Origin: Bdellovibrionales bacterium
GTDB lineage: Bacteria; Bdellovibrionota; Bdellovibrionia; Bdellovibrionales; UBA1609
Assembly: GCA_965226095.1 (NCBI GenBank)
Contig: OZ245336.1
Span: 1,143,867-1,207,866 of the forward strand
Direction: 5' to 3'
Length of the DNA stretch: 64,000 nt
Shown: positions 43,288 through 53,884 of the stretch, one piece after another
Layout of the letters: every line of letters begins with the position of its first letter
How positions within the stretch are numbered: position 1 is the first letter of the stretch
Notes under the pieces: generated by a model
What the model saw: the letters and a program-made list of their open reading frames with translations, nothing else
Told to the model about the DNA's origin: nothing
Databases searched by the model: none
Program-made: the position numbers and the translations under genes

Positions 43288-44991
43288 TTATGCGCTTTTT
43301 CTCATTGTTCGCTCTCCTGGAACATGATTAGGCTGAATAGGAAATCGAATAGTAAACACTGTACCTACTGATTGATTGGCACTCTCACAAATAATCTCTC
43401 CTTTATAAAGAGACACCAACTTACTCACAATAGGTAAACCTAATCCTGTTCCTTTTTCTTTCGTAGAATAACCTGCTTCAAATATCAGTTTTTTATCTTT
43501 TTCACTGATGCCTGTACCAGTATCTTTAATACGTACAACCACCCATTCATTATCATCAAAAGATTCTACAGTAAGCTTCCCTTCCTTCATAGATTCCATG
43601 GATTCACAAGAATTTTTAACCAAGTTCCAAAAAATCTGTTTTAGATGATCTCCACTAATAAGGATATTTCCTTTCGAATGCAATTCAAAATGAGAACCAA
43701 TATGTGACCACCTTGGGTGTACTTGAATCTGTTCTTCCATCTCTTCAAGCACAGGATTAACAAGAGAATTCTGCATAGACTTTATAGTGTCTTGAACCTG
43801 TAAATCAATATTTTCTTCTGAGGAATAAGCATAATCCAATAAATCTTCTATCATTCTATTTAATCTACTCACTTCACTTAATGTAATGTTCATTAATTTG
43901 TGGTTCTCATCACTGATATGTGTCTTACCATCGTTAAGTAGTTGAATACTACCGCTAATACTAGCCAAAGGGTTTCTTAATTCATGTGCAATACGAGCGG
44001 CCATTCTACCTATAGAAACAAATTTCTCTCTTTCTTGTTCTACCTGCTCCAATTTATGTTTCTTGCTACAATCTTGAAATAACAAAAGATATTTTTTGTT
44101 ATCTTTATGCTCTTCATTTAAAGGTGAAAAAAAGAGTTCTATCATTTTTTTCTCATTGCCACCAATATACTCTGTTTTAAAATAATCCGCCTCTGTTTGT
44201 TTATCAGAATTAACAAACTGTTGCAGTTCCGGAAAAATAACTTTTATAGGCACAGAGGAGGCAGAAGAAAGATTTAGAATATTCATAGCTTCTTTATTGG
44301 CATAAGATACAGATAATTTGTTATCCATAATTAATAAACCCATTTTGATATTCTCTATAATGATTTGATTTAAATTCTCCAAATTAGAAAAACTTTGATC
44401 TGCTCTTTTCAAAAACCAATTCATTTTTTCCAACTGAGTACCAAAAAAACCACTCAATCCTGCCACCAACAAAAACCCCACATTACTTAATACAAAAGAC
44501 ATCAAGAGCGGTTGGTTTATTTGACTAACATTTAAAACCAAAACCGATGAAAACAAAAATGAAACCAATAAACCTTGAGCAAATGCCCCTTTATATCGAC
44601 CTGTCACACCAGCACTGGTAATTTGTAAAAGATAGATAAATACTAATACAAAGTCTAAGGCAGAAAATACAGCACTTAAACAAATGGTCAGCAATACAGC
44701 ATCTAATAATAAATACAATCCATGAAAAAGTGGACGATGCTTTATTTTTTCATAAAAATAAAAAAATAGAAAATCTACTGATAAGGTAATGAATGCAGTT
44801 AAGTATATAAATACCCATGTTTCTGAATTTAAAAATACAGGGTATACAAACTGATAAAAAATAAAACCTGATAATAATAAAGAATGAATAAGTGCATGTA
44901 AACCCAATACATAAAAAAACTTTTCAGAAGTTAATCGATTGGGTAAAACAGAACGATTATTACTTGTAAATAATTGTGATATATTAATCAT
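43288..44991 (-). CDS. pilS: Sensor histidine kinase PilS
   Basis: Multi-TM N-terminus, PAS-like region, AHELRNPL, DTGTGI and GTGLGL; in the pilBTC operon. Confidence 0.88.
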   Translation of the reverse strand: MINISQLFTSNNRSVLPNRLTSEKFFYVLGLHALIHSLLLSGFIFYQFVYPVFLNSETWVFIYLTAFITLSVDFLFFYFYEKIKHRPLFHGLYLLLDAVLLTICLSAVFSALDFVLVFIYLLQITSAGVTGRYKGAFAQGLLVSFLFSSVLVLNVSQINQPLLMSFVLSNVGFLLVAGLSGFFGTQLEKMNWFLKRADQSFSNLENLNQIIIENIKMGLLIMDNKLSVSYANKEAMNILNLSSASSVPIKVIFPELQQFVNSDKQTEADYFKTEYIGGNEKKMIELFFSPLNEEHKDNKKYLLLFQDCSKKHKLEQVEQEREKFVSIGRMAARIAHELRNPLASISGSIQLLNDGKTHISDENHKLMNITLSEVSRLNRMIEDLLDYAYSSEENIDLQVQDTIKSMQNSLVNPVLEEMEEQIQVHPRWSHIGSHFELHSKGNILISGDHLKQIFWNLVKNSCESMESMKEGKLTVESFDDNEWVVVRIKDTGTGISEKDKKLIFEAGYSTKEKGTGLGLPIVSKLVSLYKGEIICESANQSVGTVFTIRFPIQPNHVPGERTMRKSA

Positions 44992-46193
44992 TATGATGCT
45001 CCTAAAATTCCAGGCATTTTAATAATCGGTAAATACAAAGATATAACAACAAAACCTACGATCCCACCAAGAAATACAATCAAAAAAGGTTGAATAAGAT
45101 CTGCCATATTATTAGCTGTTACACGCACATTCTCTTCGTAAAACTCCGCCACTTTTTCCATAGTAGCATCAATACTTCCCGTTTCCTCTCCAACAGACAC
45201 CATACTGGATACCAAGGGAGGAAGAATCTTTTGTGATTTAAAAGCAACGCCCATAGGTTTTCCTTTTACAACTTGATTGCGAATATTCTTAATAGCCGTT
45301 TCAACAAATACATTATTAGCTGTCATAGCTGATGTATCCATAGCTTCAGTAATATTCACACCTGCAGCTATCAAACAAGCCAAAGTCCTTGCAAAACGAG
45401 CTAGACTGTTCTGAAACAACAATTTACCAAAAATAGGAGTTATCATCAAAAGCTGATCTTTCATACTCCTGCCGGCTGGAGATCTTAAGTACATCATTGA
45501 TACCATTGGAATAACAATAGTCACCAGTAAAACAATAAGGATATTATCCACAAACATATTACTGGTGGCTAATAAAATTTTAGTTAACAAAGGAAGAGGT
45601 TGATCACTACCTTCAAAAATAGAAGCAAATTTAGGAACAACAAATACCATAATACCAATAGTGATCCCAAGACCTATTACTAAAATAAATGAAGGATACA
45701 TCATTGCTTTTTTAACTTTGTTTTTTATTTTATCAGATTCTTCCACATAGGTAGCCAATTGGTTCAACATTTGATCCAAGTTACCAGATTTTTCACCTGA
45801 CTCAATAATACTAACAAATAAATGATTAAAAATTTGAGAGTGCTGTGCTAAAGCTCCAGAAAATGTGTCACCCCCTTCAATATTACTAACTATATCTTTT
45901 ATCGCTACTTTTAATATAGCGGACTGAACCATATCAGAAACAATTTGAAGAGCTTGTACAATGGGCACTCCCGCATTAATTAAAAATCCCAATTGCCGGG
46001 TGAAAGAAACGATGTGTTTTGTGTCAACTGAACTACCAGAACCAAGAAAGATGTTTGTTTTCTCTTCAATCAATAAAGGTTCCATACCTTTATTGCTCAT
46101 TCTCCGCACAACATCATTGCGACTATTAGCTTTAACTGTGCCGGAAATCATTTTTCCATTCGTATCTTTTGCTGTAAATCTAAACTTTTTCAT
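44991..46193 (-). CDS. pilC: Type IV pilus platform protein PilC
   Basis: FTRQLGFLINAGVPI, GEKSGNLD, AMMYP, GEETG and LYLPI. Confidence 0.95.
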   Translation of the reverse strand: MKKFRFTAKDTNGKMISGTVKANSRNDVVRRMSNKGMEPLLIEEKTNIFLGSGSSVDTKHIVSFTRQLGFLINAGVPIVQALQIVSDMVQSAILKVAIKDIVSNIEGGDTFSGALAQHSQIFNHLFVSIIESGEKSGNLDQMLNQLATYVEESDKIKNKVKKAMMYPSFILVIGLGITIGIMVFVVPKFASIFEGSDQPLPLLTKILLATSNMFVDNILIVLLVTIVIPMVSMMYLRSPAGRSMKDQLLMITPIFGKLLFQNSLARFARTLACLIAAGVNITEAMDTSAMTANNVFVETAIKNIRNQVVKGKPMGVAFKSQKILPPLVSSMVSVGEETGSIDATMEKVAEFYEENVRVTANNMADLIQPFLIVFLGGIVGFVVISLYLPIIKMPGILGAS

Positions 46194-46196
46194 AAA

Positions 46197-47276
46197 CTAC
46201 ATTCTTTTTAATTTTGGTGATTTCTCAATCAAAGCTTTTAAACCAGCTCTGTCGTAACTGGTCAATAAAGCTGTTTCTTCAGAGATCACACCTTGTTTAT
46301 ATAAAGAAAAAAGTGATTGATTTAATGTAATCATCCCTATATTAGACTGTGTTTGCATAATACTATAAATCTGATTAATTTTTCCCTCTTTGACTAAATT
46401 TCTTATGGATGATGGAAAGAGCAGTAATTCTACTGCTGGAACACGTCCTTTACCATCTACAGTAGGTAAAAGTCTTTGACTGACAACAGCTTGTAAAACA
46501 GAACTTAACTGACTTTGAACAAGAAGCCTTTCATCACCACTAAACATTCCACATAATCTATCAATCGTCTTATAAGCATTATTTGTATGAAGAGTCCCAA
46601 AAGTAAGATGTCCTGTCTCTGCCAATTTCAACGCAGCTTCCACTGTTTTTTTATCCCGCATCTCCCCTATTAAACACACATCACAATCCATACGCACAAC
46701 TGATTCCAAAAATGTATGAAAATCCATTGTATCATTTTGAATTTCCCTTTGAGTAACAACAGATTTTTTATTAACATATATATATTCTATAGGATCTTCA
46801 ACAGTCACAATATGACATTTTTTTTCTGCATTAATAGCATCAATAATAGAAGCTAAGGTGGTTGATTTCCCACTACCGGTAGGACCTGTCACCAATATCA
46901 ATCCAAAAGGCAATTTGGTTAACTCTAGTACAATTGGAGGTAAGTGAATATCAGCTATATTAGGAATATCCGCTGTAATCTGACGAAATACACCACCTAC
47001 AGAAGATTTGCTGTAAAATAAGTGTCCTCTATATCGATTGGTTTTTTCAATAGTAAAACCAAAGTCTAAATCTTTTGTACTCTCAAATGCTCCCTTCTGC
47101 TGATCAGTAATTAACGAATAACACAGTTCCTTGGATTGACGATCTGTTAATGATTCTACATTAAGACGAACCATCTCACCATTTATTCTTAAAAGTGGAG
47201 GAGAACCGGGCATAATATGAATATCAGAAGCAGATTCTCTACTGGCTGTTTTTAAAATTTGTAACATGGAAATCAT
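46197..47276 (-). CDS. pilT: Type IV pilus retraction ATPase PilT
   Basis: ASDIH, GPTGSGKST, TVEDPIE, GEMRD, ETGHL...TLH and SIRNLVKE (AIRNLIRE-like). Confidence 0.93.
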   Translation of the reverse strand: MISMLQILKTASRESASDIHIMPGSPPLLRINGEMVRLNVESLTDRQSKELCYSLITDQQKGAFESTKDLDFGFTIEKTNRYRGHLFYSKSSVGGVFRQITADIPNIADIHLPPIVLELTKLPFGLILVTGPTGSGKSTTLASIIDAINAEKKCHIVTVEDPIEYIYVNKKSVVTQREIQNDTMDFHTFLESVVRMDCDVCLIGEMRDKKTVEAALKLAETGHLTFGTLHTNNAYKTIDRLCGMFSGDERLLVQSQLSSVLQAVVSQRLLPTVDGKGRVPAVELLLFPSSIRNLVKEGKINQIYSIMQTQSNIGMITLNQSLFSLYKQGVISEETALLTSYDRAGLKALIEKSPKLKRM

Positions 47277-49036
47277 TAGTTATCCTCCATTGTTCCATAT
47301 ATGATTTCATCTACAGATGTCATACCACTACTTAATTTTTCCAAAGAGCTTTGCCTTAATGTTTTTAAATTAGCTTCTTCGATAGCTTTTTGTTTTAATT
47401 CTCTAGGAGAAGGGTTTTTAAAAATAGCTGTCTTCAAAACACCAGACATTTCCAGTATCTCATAAACAGCTATTCGACCGGCATAGCCTGAATGATTACA
47501 TTGTCCACAACCAACTGGTTTCATAATATTATTAGAACTATCTTTTGCCTTTTCCTCTGTAAAACCCAATTGCATTAAGGCAGAGGGAGGTACCTTATCA
47601 GGAGCCTTGCAAATAGGACACAACAGTCTCAATAAACGCTGAGCTATAATGATAGATATGTTTTCTGCTACACTATACGAAGGAAGTCCCATATCCAATA
47701 AACGAGTAACTGTCGAAGCAGAATCAGTGGTGTGTAAAGTACTTAACACTAAATGACCTGTTGCCGCCGCTCGAAAAGCCATCTCAGCTGTTTCCACATC
47801 TCTAATCTCACCCACTAAAATAATATCCGGATCCTGCCTTAAAAAAGATTTCAAAGCAGAAGAAAAAGTTAAACCTATTTTAGGATTAACCTGCAATTGA
47901 TTAATCCCAGGGAGTTTATATTCCACTGGATCTTCTGCTGTAGAGATATTCACTGTCGGTTTATTAAGTTCCATCAGGCCAGAATAAATAGTTGTGGTTT
48001 TTCCACTACCGGTGGGACCAGTAATTAAAATGAAACCTTGACTCAAATTTAAGTACTTATTAAATAATTGTGCTTGTTCTGGATTCATTCCCAATTCAGA
48101 CACATCTGTCATCAATGATGAGGAATCCAATATCCTCATAACAATTTTTTCACCACTCATAACAGGAATAGAACTCACACGAAAATCAATAACTCTGTTT
48201 TTATGTTTGATTTTTAATCGTCCATCCTGTGGTAAACGTTTTTCACTAATATTCAATTTGGACATTACTTTAACACGAGAAGAAATGGCTTGTGCTGAAT
48301 TTAAAGGAGGTGTTATACCTTCATAAAGTTTTCCATCCACTCTATAACGGACACGAAAAATATTTTCATAAACTTCGATATGAATATCTGAACAATTAAG
48401 ACGCATACCTTCATCAAATATAAAATTCACACTTTGAACAATAGGATCATTTTGTATTTCCATTAAATCAACAGCATCACCTGCTTTCTCTCCTGCTGCC
48501 CCTAACTTAGAGGATTCAATAATAGAAAAAATTTTCTTAATTTTTTTTGTATCTCCAACATGATAACGTTGGATCATTTTTTTAATTGCATCATGCTCTG
48601 CTACTACTAATTCCACTTTATAATTAGTAAGCATGGAAATACTTTCCTTAGCCTCCCTGTTCCCAGGATCAGAACAAGCCACAATAATCGTATCACCTAC
48701 CAACATTAAGGGCAGAAGATTATGTTGTTCACAAACTCTCCGTGGGATAGAAGAAATAATTTCACTATCCGGCTCAAAAGTGGATAAATCCAATTTTTGC
48801 AGATTATAGTGATCCGCCAGACGATTAGCTATATCGGTTTGAGAAAGTTGATCGGATTGAAACAAATCAGATAAAAAGTCACTTCTCTCTTTATCCGTTA
48901 ACATTGTTAATTTATCCAATTGTGATTTGTTTAAACGAATAGTACGAGTACTGCTTTTCAGCTCTTTACCACTACTTTGTGTGTTTAACACAGCAGGCAC
49001 ATGGCTGGATACTGTCCTTCTTTTAACCTTTTTCAT
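47276..49036 (-). CDS. pilB: Type IV pilus assembly ATPase PilB
   Basis: SDIHIE, RLPQDG, GPTGSGKTT, LRQDPD, GEIRD and CPIC/CGQC zinc site. Confidence 0.95.
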   Translation of the reverse strand: MKKVKRRTVSSHVPAVLNTQSSGKELKSSTRTIRLNKSQLDKLTMLTDKERSDFLSDLFQSDQLSQTDIANRLADHYNLQKLDLSTFEPDSEIISSIPRRVCEQHNLLPLMLVGDTIIVACSDPGNREAKESISMLTNYKVELVVAEHDAIKKMIQRYHVGDTKKIKKIFSIIESSKLGAAGEKAGDAVDLMEIQNDPIVQSVNFIFDEGMRLNCSDIHIEVYENIFRVRYRVDGKLYEGITPPLNSAQAISSRVKVMSKLNISEKRLPQDGRLKIKHKNRVIDFRVSSIPVMSGEKIVMRILDSSSLMTDVSELGMNPEQAQLFNKYLNLSQGFILITGPTGSGKTTTIYSGLMELNKPTVNISTAEDPVEYKLPGINQLQVNPKIGLTFSSALKSFLRQDPDIILVGEIRDVETAEMAFRAAATGHLVLSTLHTTDSASTVTRLLDMGLPSYSVAENISIIIAQRLLRLLCPICKAPDKVPPSALMQLGFTEEKAKDSSNNIMKPVGCGQCNHSGYAGRIAVYEILEMSGVLKTAIFKNPSPRELKQKAIEEANLKTLRQSSLEKLSSGMTSVDEIIYGTMEDN

Positions 49037-49042
49037 AAGGTT

Positions 49043-49987
49043 TTAATCGGTGAAATGAGCTTTAATCTTAAAATATTTTCTTGCTTCCTCTATATCTTTT
49101 TTAATCTGAATAACTAAGGCCGATGGTCCAGAAAATTTTACTTCCGGACGTAGATAATTCAGAAATGTCACCTTGCACTCTAAACCCACCCACCGAATAT
49201 TTTCCTCTATCAGATGAATTTCTATTTTTTTTGTACAATCTGTTGAAATAGTTGGATTCGTTCCTATATTCATAACTGATTGAAATAATTGATTTTTCCA
49301 TCTCACAAGGGCTATATAAACTCCATTTACTGGCAGTATCTGCTCTTTATCCACCCTTAAGTTAATAGTAGGAACACCCATTTGATAGCCTAATCCCTGC
49401 CCTTTAACCACTTTACCTGTAATAGAAAAAAATCTCCCTAACAATCTTGGAATCAATTCCCATTGACCAGATAAAATCAACTCCTTAATAATAGAACTTG
49501 ATATAATATAATTCTCTTTTTTTACCGCTGAAATTTTTTTTACGCTAAAACCATACTTCTTAGCCAATACATTTAACAAATTATAGGATCCTTCGCTCTT
49601 AGCTCCAAAACGAAAATCATGACCTACCACAACCATAGAGGGCTTAATATAAGACATTACCATTTCTCTAATAAATGCTTCCGGAGACAATTTGGAAAAA
49701 GAAAGAGTAAACGACTCTACCACTAAAGCACTCAAATCAGCTTGATTCAAAAGCTTTTTTATGGTTTTCAAAGAACAAATACGAAGGTGATTTTTGTCAG
49801 GATACAAAATACGCAAAGGATGAGGGTCAAAAGTTAACAAAACAGATGGTTTATTATGTAAACGAGCAAACTCCAAAACACTGTCAATAAGCCTTCGGTG
49901 CCCTAAATGAAGACCATCAAAATTCCCTATTGTTAAAATGGCACCTGCTTGTAGCCTATAATTATGGCATCCTGATATCACTTTCAT
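49043..49987 (-). CDS. ribF: Bifunctional riboflavin kinase / FAD synthetase
   Basis: GNFDGLHLGH, TFDPHP, GHDFRFG, ISSS, PTIN and NIGTNPT. Confidence 0.95.
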   Translation of the reverse strand: MKVISGCHNYRLQAGAILTIGNFDGLHLGHRRLIDSVLEFARLHNKPSVLLTFDPHPLRILYPDKNHLRICSLKTIKKLLNQADLSALVVESFTLSFSKLSPEAFIREMVMSYIKPSMVVVGHDFRFGAKSEGSYNLLNVLAKKYGFSVKKISAVKKENYIISSSIIKELILSGQWELIPRLLGRFFSITGKVVKGQGLGYQMGVPTINLRVDKEQILPVNGVYIALVRWKNQLFQSVMNIGTNPTISTDCTKKIEIHLIEENIRWVGLECKVTFLNYLRPEVKFSGPSALVIQIKKDIEEARKYFKIKAHFTD

Positions 49988-50014
49988 TTTTCACTACCTA
50001 AGTATATGAATAAT

Positions 50015-50497
50015 TCAATTCACATTTTTTTTAAAAGTAATATGAGCTAGAATATCCGACTGAACAGCTACCTCTCCATCCACAGAAGCTATACTTGTTC
50101 CCCAATAAAAAGAATTTCTATTTTTCTGCATTTCAACCTGTAAATGTAAAATATCACCTGGTACAACCGGTTTTTTAAATTTTACATTATTCAACCCAGC
50201 CAGGTATAACTGTTCAATTTTCGGATCTCCAGGAATAGCCGAACAACACAAAGCCCCTGTTTGTGCAATAGCCTCTAAAATAAGCACTCCAGGCATAATA
50301 GGTTGATTCGGAAAATGACCTTCAAAAAAACTCTCGTTAACAGTAACATTTTTTACAGCTCGGCAAATCCGACCTACAATTTGTCCTGGTTTGGCCTCAA
50401 CCACTTCCAAAACACGATCCACCAGCAATAAAGGGTATCTATGAGGAAGCAGTTTTCTTATCTCAAGAATTCCTAAAGGAAAAGAGCTCGAAGGCAT
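50015..50497 (-). CDS. fabZ: 3-hydroxyacyl-ACP dehydratase
   Basis: LPHRYPLLLVD, KNVTVNE and GHFP..PIMPGVLILEA. Confidence 0.96.
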   Translation of the reverse strand: MPSSSFPLGILEIRKLLPHRYPLLLVDRVLEVVEAKPGQIVGRICRAVKNVTVNESFFEGHFPNQPIMPGVLILEAIAQTGALCCSAIPGDPKIEQLYLAGLNNVKFKKPVVPGDILHLQVEMQKNRNSFYWGTSIASVDGEVAVQSDILAHITFKKNVN

Positions 50498-50508
50498 GGA
50501 AGACTTTT

Positions 50509-51021
50509 TTATTTTTTATACTTCTTCTTATAGGCTTTAACCACTGTTCCAGTTAAATCCATTTTAGAGTCCACCCATAATACCAAATCCTTGTTTCGAA
50601 CTACTTTTAACTTTTCTTTCTGAGCAACACTAGCTACAACCACTCTTAATTGACCCATAAACTGTTTACGTAAGTCTGCTTCTTTCTTCTGAAATTCCAA
50701 TTCTTTGGTCTTCACAAATTGTTCCATAGTCAACTGCATCTTTTGTAACTCATCATACTTTTTCATCTTTTCATTATCAGACAAAAGTCCCATTTCTTTT
50801 CTGATTTTTTCAGCTTCTTTACTCAATCCTTCACTTTTTTTACGCACAATTTTTTGTACTTTATCACGTTCACTTTCCAAGTTTTGTAATATTCGTACTT
50901 GCTCTCCGGTTTTTTCCACCGCTTCATTGACACTCACATAACCCACACCTTGTTCAGCTAAAACTTGAAAAGATCCAAGAGATAAAACCAAAGCACAAAT
51001 AAGTAAAAATTTTGTTTTCAT
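50509..51021 (-). CDS. skp: OmpH/Skp periplasmic chaperone
   Basis: ATG 51021 with GAGGAGG RBS, signal peptide, VGYVS strand, long coiled coil and MDLT; follows bamA. Confidence 0.85.
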   Translation of the reverse strand: MKTKFLLICALVLSLGSFQVLAEQGVGYVSVNEAVEKTGEQVRILQNLESERDKVQKIVRKKSEGLSKEAEKIRKEMGLLSDNEKMKKYDELQKMQLTMEQFVKTKELEFQKKEADLRKQFMGQLRVVVASVAQKEKLKVVRNKDLVLWVDSKMDLTGTVVKAYKKKYKK

Positions 51022-51096
51022 AAAAACCTCCTCTTTATAATCAAAATTCTTATCTTGAATTGATAAAAAATTCAACAACTTCTAAAATTAATTCTT

Positions 51097-53640
51097 TTAA
51101 AATGAAAATCCCATTGTAAAATTAAAATTTGATGGCTTTTCTCCCCATTCTGTTCTAGGTTGAAAAGGAAAACCCATCTCCAAGCGCATAGGTCCTACAG
51201 GAGTAATGATTCTCAAACCAGCCCCCCAGTTCCCTCTAAATTGAGCTCCATTGCTCATATCTGAAAAATTATCAAACACTCTCCCTATATCCACAAATAC
51301 CACTCCCATCAGACGCATAGCCTGTAAAATGGGAAATTGAATCTCCAAATTGGTATAAAATTCCTGATGTCCACCGTACACTCGATTGGCCACCCATTCA
51401 GGGTTGACATCAACTCCTTTTTGCTGAACCTCCCTGGCATCCTCTAAAATTGCATTTGATATTTTTCTTGGCCCTATGGAAAAATAATCAAATCCTCTTA
51501 GACTATTAATACCACCTAATGTAAACAAACGATCAAAAGGCATATTCTCTACTCTACCCTTCCAGTCAAAATGACGACTGTATTGTATATTCAACCGAAA
51601 AACAAATTCCCAAAAAAGTTTTTGATACCAACGAAAATTACCTGAAAAGGTAAAATAATCAAATTTACCCAAAATACCAGTGTAGGTTATAGCACCTCGA
51701 GAGTAAATACCGGCAGTGGGAAACATTCGATCATCTCTGCTATCGTATTCAATGATTCCCTCTATAGGATCCCGAACACCATTAGCTTCTTTAACAGGAA
51801 ATAAACTACTATCTATTGTATTAAAAAGTTTGATTTTTTCTATACGGTAATACAATAGCAATTTTAAGTAATCCGTGATAGAGCGTCCAAGCGTCAACCC
51901 AGTACTAATTTTCTGCTCTGAAAATCCTCGATAGTTAATAGAAGGAAGAGAAAAAGAACATTTTCTTTTAGCCGCCAACAACTCTTCTTGTTTTTGTTTA
52001 TATATCGGCAGAAGGTCCTTTCCAACCAACCACTCCCAAAAGCGAACCCAGGTATTTTTCTTTGGCGCTGTTTCTATATATTTTTTTTCAATTTGTTCAT
52101 ATTCTTTACATTCACTAATTAACCCATAAGGAGTATCATCCCAGTAATCTACATAAAACTCACCACCTAAGTGCCACTTGGAATCCAAAAAGTAAGGATC
52201 AGAAAAGTTCAAACTAATATTTTGTCTCATCTGATTTAAATTAACATCCAAACCAATATTATATCCTCTCCCAAAAAGATTTGTTTTATGCACTTTTCCT
52301 CTTAATTCAAAACCCATGTAGCCATTGTAGCCAATACCACCCTCCAAGATGCCTGTAGTTTCTCGCTCTTTAACAGAGATCTCCATATCGACCAAATCGT
52401 CCTGCTTGCTTAATGTTTTAGGTAAAATATTCACTTCATCAAAAAAACCCAATCGTTGAATATTCGCAGCGGATTGATTCTTTTTGGTTGTACTATACAA
52501 ATCCCCTTCAAAAATCCTCATTTCCCTACGAATAACTTTATCTCTTGTGTAATCATTTCCCTCTATATGCACTTGTCGAATACTCACTTCTTTCCCTTTT
52601 TGAATTTCAAATAAGACATGAATAATATCGTCTTGACTTTGATCATTAAAAAACCGAGGAATCACATTCACAAAAGCATAACCTTTATCTCCATATTTTG
52701 TCTCAATGCTCTTAATATCCCTTTGCATTTTTCCATAAGAAAAAACTTCCTCTTCTTTTGTTTTCATATCTTCTTTCAAATAATTGGTACTAAAAATAAG
52801 ATCTCCCGAAAAATTCATACTACCCACTTTGTACTGTTTCCCCTCCTTAATTGAAACAGTAATGAAAATCTCTGTTTGATCCGGAGAAATAAAAATCTTT
52901 GGTTTGTCTACATAGACCTGCCAATACCCTTTATCCAAATAAATATATTTAACATTATTCATGTCTTTTTCCAGATTATCTGCGCTATAAGCACCTGCAC
53001 CAGATAAGAAACTTAAGAGATTAGCTTCTCTGGTAGACATAAATTTTTTTAATTCCTTGGATTCAATAGAATCATTGCCTATAAATTGAATTCTCTTTAC
53101 TCTGACTTTCTTATTTTCTTTAATCTCGACCATCAACTGAACTTTACCTGGCTCAGATGTTTTCTCTAATGAATAGGACAATTCTGCCAAATAATAACCT
53201 TTCTTTTTATATTCTTCCTGCACTGCCTGAATGGATTTTTGAATCTTTTTATGATTTAAAAATTCGTACTCAGAAAAATAAAAAAGATCCTTCAGTTCCT
53301 TTTTACTTAATTTTTTATTACCTTTATATATAATTTTTTCAACAATAGGTTGCTCCGCCACCTTATAGATCAAAGTGATTGCCCCAGCTTTATTCTTCTG
53401 TAATTTTACTTCAACACTTTCAAACCATCCTGTATTGAAAATTTGCTGAACATCTTTTCGAACTTGCTGGACTTTATATTGTCTTTTAACCTTAGAGTAT
53501 ATTTTGGAGCGAATAGCCTCTGTTGAAACAATTTTATTTTCTTTAATTACAATGTTCTGAACCATTGCAGCCTGTGCCAAACTGGACAGCAGAATGAAAA
53601 AAACACAAAAAAAGGCACCAAAAAAAAATTTAAATTTCAT
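51097..53640 (-). CDS. bamA: Outer membrane protein assembly factor BamA
   Basis: POTRA repeats, TRDKVIRRE, LRGF lid motif, TPVGPMRL and C-terminal FTMGFSF. Confidence 0.96.
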   Translation of the reverse strand: MKFKFFFGAFFCVFFILLSSLAQAAMVQNIVIKENKIVSTEAIRSKIYSKVKRQYKVQQVRKDVQQIFNTGWFESVEVKLQKNKAGAITLIYKVAEQPIVEKIIYKGNKKLSKKELKDLFYFSEYEFLNHKKIQKSIQAVQEEYKKKGYYLAELSYSLEKTSEPGKVQLMVEIKENKKVRVKRIQFIGNDSIESKELKKFMSTREANLLSFLSGAGAYSADNLEKDMNNVKYIYLDKGYWQVYVDKPKIFISPDQTEIFITVSIKEGKQYKVGSMNFSGDLIFSTNYLKEDMKTKEEEVFSYGKMQRDIKSIETKYGDKGYAFVNVIPRFFNDQSQDDIIHVLFEIQKGKEVSIRQVHIEGNDYTRDKVIRREMRIFEGDLYSTTKKNQSAANIQRLGFFDEVNILPKTLSKQDDLVDMEISVKERETTGILEGGIGYNGYMGFELRGKVHKTNLFGRGYNIGLDVNLNQMRQNISLNFSDPYFLDSKWHLGGEFYVDYWDDTPYGLISECKEYEQIEKKYIETAPKKNTWVRFWEWLVGKDLLPIYKQKQEELLAAKRKCSFSLPSINYRGFSEQKISTGLTLGRSITDYLKLLLYYRIEKIKLFNTIDSSLFPVKEANGVRDPIEGIIEYDSRDDRMFPTAGIYSRGAITYTGILGKFDYFTFSGNFRWYQKLFWEFVFRLNIQYSRHFDWKGRVENMPFDRLFTLGGINSLRGFDYFSIGPRKISNAILEDAREVQQKGVDVNPEWVANRVYGGHQEFYTNLEIQFPILQAMRLMGVVFVDIGRVFDNFSDMSNGAQFRGNWGAGLRIITPVGPMRLEMGFPFQPRTEWGEKPSNFNFTMGFSF

Positions 53641-53884
53641 AACTATTTCTTTATTATTTAACGTAGGAGATATCCCTTAAAATCAACATAATACATTTAA
53701 ACAGATTATTTCTTTCATAATAATGGTTTATAGCTGTTTTCAAACACCTAAGACAATCATTTATTTGTGTATTTAAATATGAATTATTTACACTATCTAA
53801 CTGAAAGACTGAGACATTTAAAAAGTATGACACTTTGTGGTAAATATTTCCTACCAGCCATTTCCAGTTAATAATACATAAGTA

